64,000 nt of DNA. Source: Bacteroidales bacterium (GTDB lineage Bacteria; Bacteroidota; Bacteroidia; Bacteroidales; JAGOPY01). A model generated the notes under the pieces. It saw only the letters and a program-made list of their open reading frames with translations. It did not search any database and had not been told where the DNA came from. A program made the translations under genes and the position numbers. Location: assembly GCA_023229505.1 (NCBI GenBank), contig JALNZD010000018.1:9089-73088 (forward strand). The letters are read 5' to 3'. The first letter of the stretch is position 1, and the number at the start of each line of letters is the position of its first letter. Below, piece after piece: positions 38,890 to 47,960 of this stretch.

Positions 38890-40308
38890 ATGCTCACTGG
38901 CACAGCTAAAAGAACAATTCCATACCTCTTTCTGATATTGTTTTCCACTTTAGGATCCCGGGCTCAGGTCCTGAAGGCTGGAAAACTTATACCGGAGGTT
39001 CATTGCATGAATGACAGCAATCATCATTATGCCCTGTACCTCCCCAGCTACTTTTATGAATCCGATGTGGAAGAATGGCCTGTGATCTATGCTTTTGATG
39101 CAGCTGCCCGTGGGTCGCTTCCAGTGGAACTGTTCCGTGAGGCATCTGAAAAATACGGATATATCATTGCCGGAAGCAATGTATCCGAAAACGGCCCCTG
39201 GGAACCAATCCTGAAGGCCGCCGAGACCATGTTCAAGGATACAGAAGCACGTTTCAAAATCGACCCTAAACGCAGGTATACGACCGGGTTTTCAGGTGGT
39301 GCCCGTGTAGCAACTTCACTCGCGGTGCTATATGGCACATTTGAGGGTGTCATCGGCTGTGGGGCAGGTTTCTCAAACAATTATCCACCTCATTTTGACC
39401 TGGATTTCAGCTATATCGGCCTTATCGGGAACCGGGACTTCAATTACCAGGAGATGCAAAACCTTGATAACCGGCTTAATAAATATAATATTAGCCATTA
39501 TATCTATGAATTTCCGGGAGAGCATGACTGGCCATCCGCCCAGGTCATTACTGATGCCGTTACCTGGTTGGAATTCAGGGCTATGGAGAATGAATTGAAA
39601 TGGACTGATTATGGTTTGAGAGAAGATTTTTATGAAGCAAACCATCAATTGATCCTGGATTTTATCGGGGAAGGAAGAGAATATGATGCTTCCAAGCAGT
39701 GTGAAAAACTTATCTCTTACCTTCATGGGGTCAGGAATATCAGTGAAATAGAAAAAATATTCGAAAATTTGAATAAAACCGATGCCATTCTAAAAGAAAA
39801 GAAAAACCTGGCTAAGATTTTGGAAGAAGAACGGGATTATTACCTGCAATATTCAGATGCTTTTGTTTGCTATCGTATAAATTATGAAGATAGTATGACA
39901 CCTGTTAAGCCAAATTCATGGTGGAAGGAACAGCTTAAGATTGCCAATAGCAAGATTACAAAAGGTGATAACCCTACAGATACTTTACTTGGACGCAGGA
40001 TGATTGATTTTATCTGGAGGACAGCCCATATGCAATATGAAAGCGTCCAGGGTACAGAATATCAACCTACTTCAAGATATTTCCTGGAGATCTGGGCTAT
40101 GGCTCAGCCTGATGCAATAAGCCCATACTATTTTCTTGCTAAATTTTATACCAAGCAAGGCAGGTATGACAAAGCCCTGAAATCATTGGAGGCTGCCATC
40201 GACAGAGGGCTTTCCGATATCAACCTCATTGAAAATGACAGCATCCTTGTTAATCTTATCATGATTCCTGAATACCAGCAGGTTGTAGCTAAGATGGTGA
40301 CTAATTGA
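38890..40308 (+). CDS. Secreted alpha/beta-hydrolase (esterase-like) with C-terminal helical/TPR-like region
   Basis: Signal peptide. Nucleophile-elbow-like GFSGGAR. The helical C-terminal half ends ...AKFYTKQGRYDKALKSLEAAIDRG. Confidence 0.65.
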   Translation: MLTGTAKRTIPYLFLILFSTLGSRAQVLKAGKLIPEVHCMNDSNHHYALYLPSYFYESDVEEWPVIYAFDAAARGSLPVELFREASEKYGYIIAGSNVSENGPWEPILKAAETMFKDTEARFKIDPKRRYTTGFSGGARVATSLAVLYGTFEGVIGCGAGFSNNYPPHFDLDFSYIGLIGNRDFNYQEMQNLDNRLNKYNISHYIYEFPGEHDWPSAQVITDAVTWLEFRAMENELKWTDYGLREDFYEANHQLILDFIGEGREYDASKQCEKLISYLHGVRNISEIEKIFENLNKTDAILKEKKNLAKILEEERDYYLQYSDAFVCYRINYEDSMTPVKPNSWWKEQLKIANSKITKGDNPTDTLLGRRMIDFIWRTAHMQYESVQGTEYQPTSRYFLEIWAMAQPDAISPYYFLAKFYTKQGRYDKALKSLEAAIDRGLSDINLIENDSILVNLIMIPEYQQVVAKMVTN

Positions 40309-40330
40309 ATTGGCGGTTCAGGATTCAAGC

Positions 40331-42655
40331 CTACTGATCCTCCCCTTCCATTGACTTCTCCAGTTCCCTGGCCTCGCCCAGGAATTCCTCAACATCCATT
40401 TCACGGAAGAAAACAAGTCCATGGGCGGCCCGGATCCTGGGATGAGGGTTTTCATAGAAATAATCCTTTCCTAAAAGTAACTGTATAGATTTTAGCTGTT
40501 CGACCCATATCTTTCTGGACAGCTTGCTGAACGGCCCATCCATTTCATAGCTTGGAAAGGAAGCATCGACCTGGCTGAGGTAGCAGTTATGGAATGAACC
40601 CTCCAGCATGGAAAGTGAATTAAGCGAGCAAGGTACAAAAACATCTGCTTCAGCCGGGTGAAAGCGATACCATACATTACGGTAGCCCCATATTCTGAGT
40701 TTTTCAAGATCAGTTTCTGAAGACCACTTCCTGATTGCTTCGGCAATGGTCTGAAGCACTTTGTAATGAGTGTCAGGGCCACTGCCTTCCGGGTCCAGCG
40801 CGAGGCTGATGACAGTCGGTTTGATATCACGCATCATTTTCAATACCGGTTCCACATCGCGCGCTTTTTCCGGTGCCTGGGTGAAGATATCACCGGTATA
40901 AAAGCCCAGTCGTAAATGATGGATATTTTTTACCTGGACCCCATAATGAGCCCAAACCAGTTCCTCCTCAAATTCGCGGATCATCCCTTTGAGCTTTTGA
41001 ATGTCCGGGGGATTTTTCTCCCCATCGTAACTATGATCAATATAATGGATCATCGAATCAAGCCTGACCAGCAGGTCCTGAATATCTTTAACCCCGTAAA
41101 TCTCCACAAAGGCTCTGACGATACGATGACTGAGCCCTCGTTGTTTTTCAAAAGCATTACCGGACGCAACATTGTCAAGGTAATGATACACATCTTTATC
41201 CCATTTGAACCTATATCCTTTTTCAAAAAAGTCAGGATATTGAATCATCCGGATAAGGTCGTCATTAATCAACTGACGGGTATGATCAAGGGACGATCTG
41301 ACAAATTTATTGGTGACCGCAGTAAAACCCGAAGTCATTATGGCAAAATGGAGTTTGTTGGTATGTGACCTGACCTGGTGGGCTATATGAGGAAGGATGC
41401 CCAGCATGATATCGTCATGATGCGGCCCGGTGTGGAGAAACACCTGGTCGAGCTCGGGTTCGAGCCCTTTTTGTAATTTGTGTTTTATGGCATCTTCAAC
41501 CATTGGCACAATGCTTTCCGGAGCGCCGGGGATCATAGATGCAAAAATATCCGATCCGATATCATCAGTTGTCAGGTGATGACCGTATTTATCAAGTTTT
41601 TTAGTCAGGTCAATGATGGAACGTTCAGTTTTCTCATCCGTCCACGCTCCTTTATTATAATATCTCAACTGGCTGTCTTTCAGCCTGGAAGCAGCGCCAA
41701 TGGTCAGGAAAAAGCGGCTGTTGGGAAGCTTTTGAAAGGCTGTGGCCGGATAAGTATTTCCGGGAGGGTTTTCCAGGGCCTGCCTGACAACTTCCGCCTT
41801 TGCTTCGCCTGCAGCAATGATAATAGCAACAGCATCAGGATTATGGGTTATGGTATCCAGGCCGATTGTGATCACCATCCTGTTCCTGGAGATTTCGATC
41901 CCTCCCAGGTCTGTCGCTGCTACGGCCTGGGTCTCAAAATTTGTGGAAGTGAGCCTTGTTGTGCTGTAATGATCGGAACCCTTGATATTGAACGCAATAT
42001 GCCCGTCAGGACCGATTCCTCCTAAAAAAAATCCAATACCACCTTTATCCTGTATTTTTTTTTCGTAGCCTGTGCACCACTCATCAATCAGGAAAATAGA
42101 ATCCTGTTGCAGACGGTCGAGTTCATTTTTACATTCCCGGTAACGCAAAGAGAGGTCAACTTTATTGCCCGGAAACACTTCCCGGTAACTTTTCCCACCT
42201 GCCAGACGGATCTCATCACAATTTACCAGCAATGCCCTTTTTGCATCCAGACCAAATCCGTCTATATAAAAGTTTTGAATATAATAGTAAAAACTATTGT
42301 GTTGTTCAGGCGATATCGGGTAGAATTCATCGATCTGGACAAACTGCAGGCCTTTCAGGTCAGGTTTTTTGGCCAGGAAAAGCCCATGTTCTTCACGGAG
42401 TTTTCTTTCAGAAGGATCATGCCAATGTCGAAGGAAATGCATGGTCCATTTGATAAAATACTCCGGGGTCTTACCGGTAGGAAGACTGATCACGCCTTCA
42501 GGATTTTGAGAAACCCATTCCAGGAATCGAAGGGAAGTCAGCATTCCAAGCCTGGGAAAATTATCGACCAGAATATATGGAAGAAAGGTAGTGATTTCGT
42601 AGCGGCCGGCTTTTTCGTAGAAGGATGATTCTACGGATGATGAAAATTTTTGCAT
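40331..42655 (-). CDS. nagB: Long-form glucosamine-6-phosphate deaminase (NagB-like N-domain) fused to LmbE/PIG-L-like deacetylase-fold domain
   Basis: N-terminal SLPTGKTPE...FVQIDEFY...GGIGPDGHIAFN (NagB/6-PGL family). Central HTGPHHDDIMLG resembles the PIG-L AHPDDE motif. 774 aa. Confidence 0.75.
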   Translation of the reverse strand: MQKFSSSVESSFYEKAGRYEITTFLPYILVDNFPRLGMLTSLRFLEWVSQNPEGVISLPTGKTPEYFIKWTMHFLRHWHDPSERKLREEHGLFLAKKPDLKGLQFVQIDEFYPISPEQHNSFYYYIQNFYIDGFGLDAKRALLVNCDEIRLAGGKSYREVFPGNKVDLSLRYRECKNELDRLQQDSIFLIDEWCTGYEKKIQDKGGIGFFLGGIGPDGHIAFNIKGSDHYSTTRLTSTNFETQAVAATDLGGIEISRNRMVITIGLDTITHNPDAVAIIIAAGEAKAEVVRQALENPPGNTYPATAFQKLPNSRFFLTIGAASRLKDSQLRYYNKGAWTDEKTERSIIDLTKKLDKYGHHLTTDDIGSDIFASMIPGAPESIVPMVEDAIKHKLQKGLEPELDQVFLHTGPHHDDIMLGILPHIAHQVRSHTNKLHFAIMTSGFTAVTNKFVRSSLDHTRQLINDDLIRMIQYPDFFEKGYRFKWDKDVYHYLDNVASGNAFEKQRGLSHRIVRAFVEIYGVKDIQDLLVRLDSMIHYIDHSYDGEKNPPDIQKLKGMIREFEEELVWAHYGVQVKNIHHLRLGFYTGDIFTQAPEKARDVEPVLKMMRDIKPTVISLALDPEGSGPDTHYKVLQTIAEAIRKWSSETDLEKLRIWGYRNVWYRFHPAEADVFVPCSLNSLSMLEGSFHNCYLSQVDASFPSYEMDGPFSKLSRKIWVEQLKSIQLLLGKDYFYENPHPRIRAAHGLVFFREMDVEEFLGEARELEKSMEGEDQ

Positions 42656-42707
42656 CGGTTATTTATAGGTTCATGCAAAGTTCGTGAAAGTATTTGAAAG
42701 AAGAAAA

Positions 42708-42735
42708 CAGAAGTCAGAAGACAGAATGCAGAAGA
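42708..42735. repeat. Micro-array 4 x 7 nt (CAGAAGN)
   Basis: Reads cagaagt cagaaga cagaatg cagaaga, about 55 nt upstream of the nagB start. Confidence 0.85.
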
Positions 42736-42928
42736 TTTTGTTGAAAATTTTGATTCTTAGTCATCAATTAACCACAGTAGGCACATTAGAACACATAGAA
42801 AGCCACAATAGACCTAAGTGTTTTTCTAATGTGTCCTAATGTGTCTAATGTGGTAAAAAGGCGTAACGCAGATACTCCTGTCAACTGCCGACTCGATAAA
42901 AAATATTCCTATCTTTGCCGCCAGCCAC

Positions 42929-43001
42929 GGTCTCGTAGCTCAGTGGATAGAGCAACAGCCTTCTAAGCTGTGGGTCGCGCGTTCGAATCGCGCCGAGATC
43001 A
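42929..43001 (+). tRNA. tRNA-Arg (anticodon TCT)
   Basis: Hand-folded cloverleaf. Acceptor GGTCTCG/CGAGATC, D arm GCTC-AGTGGATA-GAGC, anticodon stem-loop ACAGC-CTTCTAA-GCTGT, T arm GCGCG-TTCGAAT-CGCGC, discriminator A. Confidence 0.9.
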
Positions 43002-43008
43002 CTAGGAA

Positions 43009-43036
43009 GTTGGCAGTTGACAGTTGGCAGTTGTCA
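43009..43036. repeat. Micro-array 4 x 7 nt (GTTGNCA) directly 3' of tRNA-Arg
   Basis: Reads gttggca gttgaca gttggca gttgtca. Confidence 0.9.
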
Positions 43037-43139
43037 GGATCACAAACCAGTGGTTAATTACCGGAAAGGGCTGGCCGGTGGCTGTGAGCCGTCTATAAAG
43101 CCAATAACTGAAAACCTGCCTTATAATATTTAAGATTTT

Positions 43140-43330
43140 ATGGCAAAAACACATAAATGTGCTGTTAGTGGCAAAGAATATCCCCTTGATGCACTTCGCC
43201 AGGGTCCAATTATCCATTTATCCTTCTTAATCTGATACTCTCCTGCCTGGCTGCAATCCAGGCTCCGATTATCATGATGAGCCAGAACCGGAAAGAAGCC
43301 CGTGACAGGCGAAACCAACGATCATTTTGA
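43140..43330 (+). pseudogene. Decayed DUF1003-family membrane protein gene (frameshifted, internally deleted, 3'-truncated)
   Basis: Frame 1 gives MAKTHKCAVSGKEYPLDALRQGPIIHLSFLI*. A shifted frame from 43220 gives ILLNLILSCLAAIQAPIIMMSQNRKEARDRRNQRSF*. I remember ILLNLxLSxxAAxQAPxIMMSQNR as the conserved DUF1003 core. The roughly 100 aa normally found between and after these pieces are missing. Confidence 0.6.
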
Positions 43331-43582
43331 GATACTTAGTATTATTGGATTTTAACCGGTAATTTTAATGGCATGAAAATAGCCAGGTTAAATAACATTC
43401 ACCGATGGAAAGTTTCAGATTTAGTTATCCACAATTATTGGATGTACAAATTACCATCAATCATGCCCATGGATGATATAACTTTACCTGGTTTGGTTAG
43501 CCAAACGTTAGCCCCAATAATTTTATTAAGAATATTAAGAGCAGTAATAATAGCCAACTCAAAACAAATAGCCTGTCTTGAA

Positions 43583-46500
43583 TTATTTCACCAGCGCCAC
43601 CGTCCCTACTCTTTCTTGGTTTCCAGGAATACCATCCACCGTGAAAATAATCTTATACACATAGACACCTCCCGGGCAGGGATTTCCGTTCTTTTTTCCA
43701 TCCCAGCCAACCAGGATGTCATTTGATTCAAAGATAAGTCCTCCCCAACGATCAAAAATGCTCATTGTGAAATGTTCTAGGCTCAATGAAAAATGAGATA
43801 CACTGAAAGTATCATTGATTCCATTTCCATCTGGCGTAAAGGCATTAGGGATGAACAAATTGGTTTCTGGTATTTCTTCAGAAGTAAGTTTGATATAAAC
43901 GGAATCTGATCCAGTACACCCTACCGAAGACTCCATCTCAACCTTGAACTTTCCTTCTGAATTGATGACGATGCTTTCCGTGGTATCACCAGTGTTCCAG
44001 AGGTAGGAAGAAAGACCGGAACCGGCATCCAGGACTTCGCCGGGATTCATTTCCAGTGTATCGGTGCCATGAAAGGTTGCAACCGGGTTTTCGCTTACAA
44101 TCAGTTGTATACTTTTCTGGTCAGTGCAGCCGACAATGTCAGTAGCCAGAAGGGTGTAAAAGCCGGCATCCGAAGAGGTTACATTGAAAATGAACGGATC
44201 GATGTCGGAGGTGTCACCCGATGGATAAGTCCAGCGGTAACTTATTGGGGGTTGATTGCCGGACGCAATGCTCATGAGGCTGAACATCTGTCCTTCGCAG
44301 ACTGTTTTAGAGGCTGATAAAATGATTTCGGGCGGCTCGTAAACTATCACTTCCCCGGTGCTGAACTCGGCCGGGATAGGATTGCCGCTTGCATTGGTAA
44401 AATAGCTGACAGACGGCTCAATATACCATGACAAATCACCCTGGCCGGGATTCTTGGTTGTAAACACTAAGTCCAGGATGGTTTCCGGCAGGGCAAAGGT
44501 AACCGGAGAAAGAGAATTCCACGCCAGGTTGATCTCCCCGGCTGCCTGGTCAACCCAGCCAGTGAGGCTGTCGACGAGTTGGGGATGTACATTAGTAAAG
44601 CCTTCGCATTGCAGGTTATCGGCGTTGTAGCCAAGCTTCAGGTGAAAATCGGCTACCGAGGTGAAATTATCCACATTCACCGCCACCAGCGCTGTATTGT
44701 CCAAACAATGCCCTCCCTCGCCGGTTACAGCATGAAGGTAGGTAAGGATGATGTTCTGAATTTCGATCACGAAGGTTGTATCGCAGTCGTTTTCGTCTTT
44801 GACAACACAAATGTAGCTTCCGGCTTGAAGATTATTAAATGTCCCGTTGTTGGTTTGCCAGTTGCTTCCGTTGTTGATTGAATAAAATATTTGCGTGGTG
44901 GAACCAGTTACAACTATCTCAATCGAACCGTTTCCTAAAAAATCCGTCTCGTCTGTTACAACTGGCGGCTGAACCTGCGGGCCAGGAATATCTGACAGGA
45001 TTACCGGATTACCGATATAAAATCCATCACAGCCGTTAATATCACGGATGCGAACGATATAGGTTCCTGCCGGTAAATCAGTAAAAATGCTGTCAGATGC
45101 ATAGCTTGCCCCATCATCAACCGAATATTCCAAACTTGAACCGGAAGGTGAAAATGCAGAAATAATCAGTTGTCCATCAGGCCTGAAACAATGAGGTGAA
45201 ATGGTTTGAACCTGCGTAACCTGTAAGTTTCCGGCATCTTCGATGGTATAAACTGAAGAAGCCGTTTCACAGCCGTTGGCATCTGTGACTGTAAGGACAT
45301 ATTGCCCCGCGGAAAGGTTGAATACATCAATGTCTGTTCCGAAATTGTTGCCAGAAAGGTCTTCCCATTGGTATTGCATTGGTTCCGTCCCTTCAATGGC
45401 AAGCCCGGTGATCGAACCAGTTGCTCCATTGCAGGTAGTTGGAGTCACTACAAGTGCTGATTCATTGATCTGGATTGGAGGATAAAAACCGACATGAACC
45501 GTATCGCTATCACTGCAGCCAGTTTCGTTGAAAGAAGCCCTGACCCAATAGGTGCCTGAATCTGAAACCGTAATTGTTGGGCTTCCGAACTGGCCGGTGG
45601 ACCAGGAATAGAGATCTGCCTCGCAATTCGCATTAAGTGTAACGGTATTGCCCTCACATATCGTCAGGTCAGGCCCTAAATCCGGATGAGGAACAGGATA
45701 AATTTCTATCTCTCTCGAAGTATGTTCATATCTACCTGTAGGATACCAGATATCGACTTTTACCTCGTGAGTTCCCGGAAATTGGAATGTATAGGTTGGC
45801 GAAAGCTCATAGGAGATATTTCCCGGGCCAAATTCATCGAAATTCCATTCTATGCTGTCGGGAGTCGGGACAAAATTAGGAAGGAATTGAACCGGTGTAC
45901 CCTGGCAGTAATTGTCAGCTTCCCATTCGAAACGGTAGAGGTAATCGAGAAGGATATTTGGCAAACCCCACTCACAAACTCGTCCCAATAAATATATTCC
46001 ATTTGGATCGAAATCGCAATTCAGACCTCTTTCCCACGGTTTGTTAATTACACCAATATAATATTGATAATTGGGGAAATTATGCGTTGGGAGAGAAGTA
46101 TAAATTTTCCCATCGTTTGAAAGTTGAATATTTACTCCACTCTGGTTTGAAATCTCAATTGCAGAATTTACGAAAGCGGTTGAATCTTGAATGTATTGCA
46201 TATCATATTGATATAAATAACCCGAATCGGATTCTTCAAAGGTGAGATACAAATATTTAGAGTCAGGTGAAAATTCACAACAATAAGCTGGTTCATAAGA
46301 CCCCCAGATATTTTTCCTGTTGATCATGTACAGATATTCAATTTCCCCTGTTTCATCATTAAAGGTACATACTTCAAATGATTTTAAGTATTTTTCTTCG
46401 ATACCAATGGTTCCTGCTCTGTGACCATTAACTAAATACTTTTTATCTGGTGATATTTTGATATTACCGCCATCGTCATATAAGAATTCCCGGTAAATAC

Positions 46501-47116
46501 CGGTTGAACTAATGACAGGATCAGTATGAACTCCTTGTTCATCAACCAGGAAACTTGCATATCTGTCATCATGATAAAGGCGTGTGACAACCCAATATGC
46601 ATCACCCGATCGGCTTTTCGTGACATTTTGATGGTCATGTGCCCAGAATGCCGCTTCCAATTCAATATTTTTAACATTAGTCACTGCTCCAAGTCCTCCG
46701 TTCAATGACATATCAATAATTGAATAATAAAATCCTTTAGGAGATATCCAATCGGAAACGGTAAACAAATAATACTGATCGGCAGAACCAGGCCTGGGAA
46801 AACTAATGGCAGATTGATCCCAACTCCCACCTGGAAGGATGTTTTCGCCATTGTCCATAATTTCTCCATTCTTGTTCCAAACTCTGTCGCCATCGGAATA
46901 GAACAATAAATTTCCAAGCGAATCACTCATAATTGTCCCATTACTAAAGCCAGCTCCAGTACCTACAGGTAACCAAGGCACAGGTTGGCCTGAGTTAAAT
47001 TTTAAACCGGCCCATTGTCCAAAAATCCAGTTATCTGCCTGATGCTGGGAATATAAACTTTGAACTATTATTAATTGTAAGAAAATAATAAGGGTATATT
47101 TTGGATAACTAAACAT
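43583..47116 (-). CDS. Large adhesin-like protein with T9SS type B (gliding-motility CHU_C) C-terminal domain
   Basis: 1177 aa with signal peptide. SprB/Ig-like repeats (CNGATGSITGLAIEG, DANGCE, DINGCD, DENDCD) and a cohesin-like segment. C-terminal FIPNAFTPDGNGINDTF...FDRWGGLIFES...GWDGKKNG...GVYVYKI. Confidence 0.85.
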   Translation of the reverse strand: MFSYPKYTLIIFLQLIIVQSLYSQHQADNWIFGQWAGLKFNSGQPVPWLPVGTGAGFSNGTIMSDSLGNLLFYSDGDRVWNKNGEIMDNGENILPGGSWDQSAISFPRPGSADQYYLFTVSDWISPKGFYYSIIDMSLNGGLGAVTNVKNIELEAAFWAHDHQNVTKSRSGDAYWVVTRLYHDDRYASFLVDEQGVHTDPVISSTGIYREFLYDDGGNIKISPDKKYLVNGHRAGTIGIEEKYLKSFEVCTFNDETGEIEYLYMINRKNIWGSYEPAYCCEFSPDSKYLYLTFEESDSGYLYQYDMQYIQDSTAFVNSAIEISNQSGVNIQLSNDGKIYTSLPTHNFPNYQYYIGVINKPWERGLNCDFDPNGIYLLGRVCEWGLPNILLDYLYRFEWEADNYCQGTPVQFLPNFVPTPDSIEWNFDEFGPGNISYELSPTYTFQFPGTHEVKVDIWYPTGRYEHTSREIEIYPVPHPDLGPDLTICEGNTVTLNANCEADLYSWSTGQFGSPTITVSDSGTYWVRASFNETGCSDSDTVHVGFYPPIQINESALVVTPTTCNGATGSITGLAIEGTEPMQYQWEDLSGNNFGTDIDVFNLSAGQYVLTVTDANGCETASSVYTIEDAGNLQVTQVQTISPHCFRPDGQLIISAFSPSGSSLEYSVDDGASYASDSIFTDLPAGTYIVRIRDINGCDGFYIGNPVILSDIPGPQVQPPVVTDETDFLGNGSIEIVVTGSTTQIFYSINNGSNWQTNNGTFNNLQAGSYICVVKDENDCDTTFVIEIQNIILTYLHAVTGEGGHCLDNTALVAVNVDNFTSVADFHLKLGYNADNLQCEGFTNVHPQLVDSLTGWVDQAAGEINLAWNSLSPVTFALPETILDLVFTTKNPGQGDLSWYIEPSVSYFTNASGNPIPAEFSTGEVIVYEPPEIILSASKTVCEGQMFSLMSIASGNQPPISYRWTYPSGDTSDIDPFIFNVTSSDAGFYTLLATDIVGCTDQKSIQLIVSENPVATFHGTDTLEMNPGEVLDAGSGLSSYLWNTGDTTESIVINSEGKFKVEMESSVGCTGSDSVYIKLTSEEIPETNLFIPNAFTPDGNGINDTFSVSHFSLSLEHFTMSIFDRWGGLIFESNDILVGWDGKKNGNPCPGGVYVYKIIFTVDGIPGNQERVGTVALVK

Positions 47117-47134
47117 AGTTCATTGAGTTTAAAT

Positions 47135-47167
47135 ACGCTATATCAGGCAATTTGCCTGATATAGCGT
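47135..47167 (-). terminator. 33-nt near-perfect palindrome (hairpin) between the small Cys-rich gene and the adhesin gene
   Basis: acgctatatcaggcaa-t-ttgcctgatatagcgt: 16-nt arms, no clear U tract. Confidence 0.45.
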
Positions 47168-47178
47168 AAAGTTATTAA

Positions 47179-47580
47179 CTATTCCCAAACGACATGGACA
47201 TCCCCACCAGTTCCATTTTCTAAATCAGAACAAGTTCTGGTTTCCCCAGGATTTTTACCATGACAGCATAATGGTCCTCCGTCACAACCAGCCCAAACAG
47301 CGGCATATACTGTGAAATCCCAATTAGATGAGCATTGAGGCATAGTAAATGAAAATTCGTAGTGATCAGTATTACTTACAACAACACACGAATCGTCTAC
47401 AATCACATAATTGTCAAAATCTCTTACAACTGTTATGCAGGGACCGTATTGCATACCAAGGCAACATGCTTCACATGATGGTATATCCCAGGTTACAGTG
47501 ACATAACCAGTCGTGGTTTGACTTAATAATGATGAAGAGCCCAGAAGAACAATAAACAATATGGATACTAATTTTTTCAT
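47179..47580 (-). CDS. Small secreted cysteine-rich protein
   Basis: 133 aa with signal peptide MKKLVSILFIVLLGSSSLLSQ and 12 Cys in the mature part (CEACC, CC, etc.). No family recognised. Confidence 0.65.
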   Translation of the reverse strand: MKKLVSILFIVLLGSSSLLSQTTTGYVTVTWDIPSCEACCLGMQYGPCITVVRDFDNYVIVDDSCVVVSNTDHYEFSFTMPQCSSNWDFTVYAAVWAGCDGGPLCCHGKNPGETRTCSDLENGTGGDVHVVWE

Positions 47581-47625
47581 AAAACTCAGATTATAAAGTT
47601 AAGACTAAATTTTTGGATGTGGATT

Positions 47626-47687
47626 TTTTGGCTAAAATATTTTCATGCGGGGACGGGATGTCCCCCAGGGAGGGTGTTTAGCCAAAA
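47626..47687 (-). promoter_or_regulatory. Nested stem-loop element in the putative 5' leader of the Cys-rich protein gene
   Basis: Outer perfect 11-bp stem ttttggctaaa/tttagccaaaa (47626-47636 / 47677-47687). It encloses a GGGGAC-GGGAT-GTCCCC hairpin (47649-47665) and a G-rich run. Confidence 0.4.
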
Positions 47688-47960
47688 TGTTGAAAAGGGA
47701 TCGAAATATTATTTTACAAAAGGGTAACTTTATTGTCACATGAAGAAATTTAATTTTGTGACAATAATAGAAGGCGAAAATATTTTGTGTATAGGCAGGC
47801 ATGACCTAGTTAATTCATTCATTAATCCAAATTTAATTAAATATGTAATACAAAATCCGCTGCATCAGGTTTAACTATCGGTAGCAGTTATTTCTCAAGT
47901 TATTATGGTATTTATTCAAACGCAAGTTCTTTTGGAGGTTTCTCTGATTCGTATAAAGAA

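Noticed and set aside
42024-42063. A9 and T8 homopolymers in nagB as phase-variation tracts
   Set aside because: They encode ordinary KK and FF residues in a housekeeping-type gene. Similar 8-nt runs occur in several other CDSs in this AT-leaning genome.
42929-43582. Genomic island integrated at tRNA-Arg
   Set aside because: There is no integrase, no direct repeat of the tRNA 3' end, and no mobile-element genes. Only a decayed DUF1003 fragment is present.
43373-43726. 117-aa ORF downstream of the DUF1003 remnant
   Set aside because: It overlaps the 3' end of the adhesin gene, has no motifs and lies in an AT-rich spacer. It is probably spurious.
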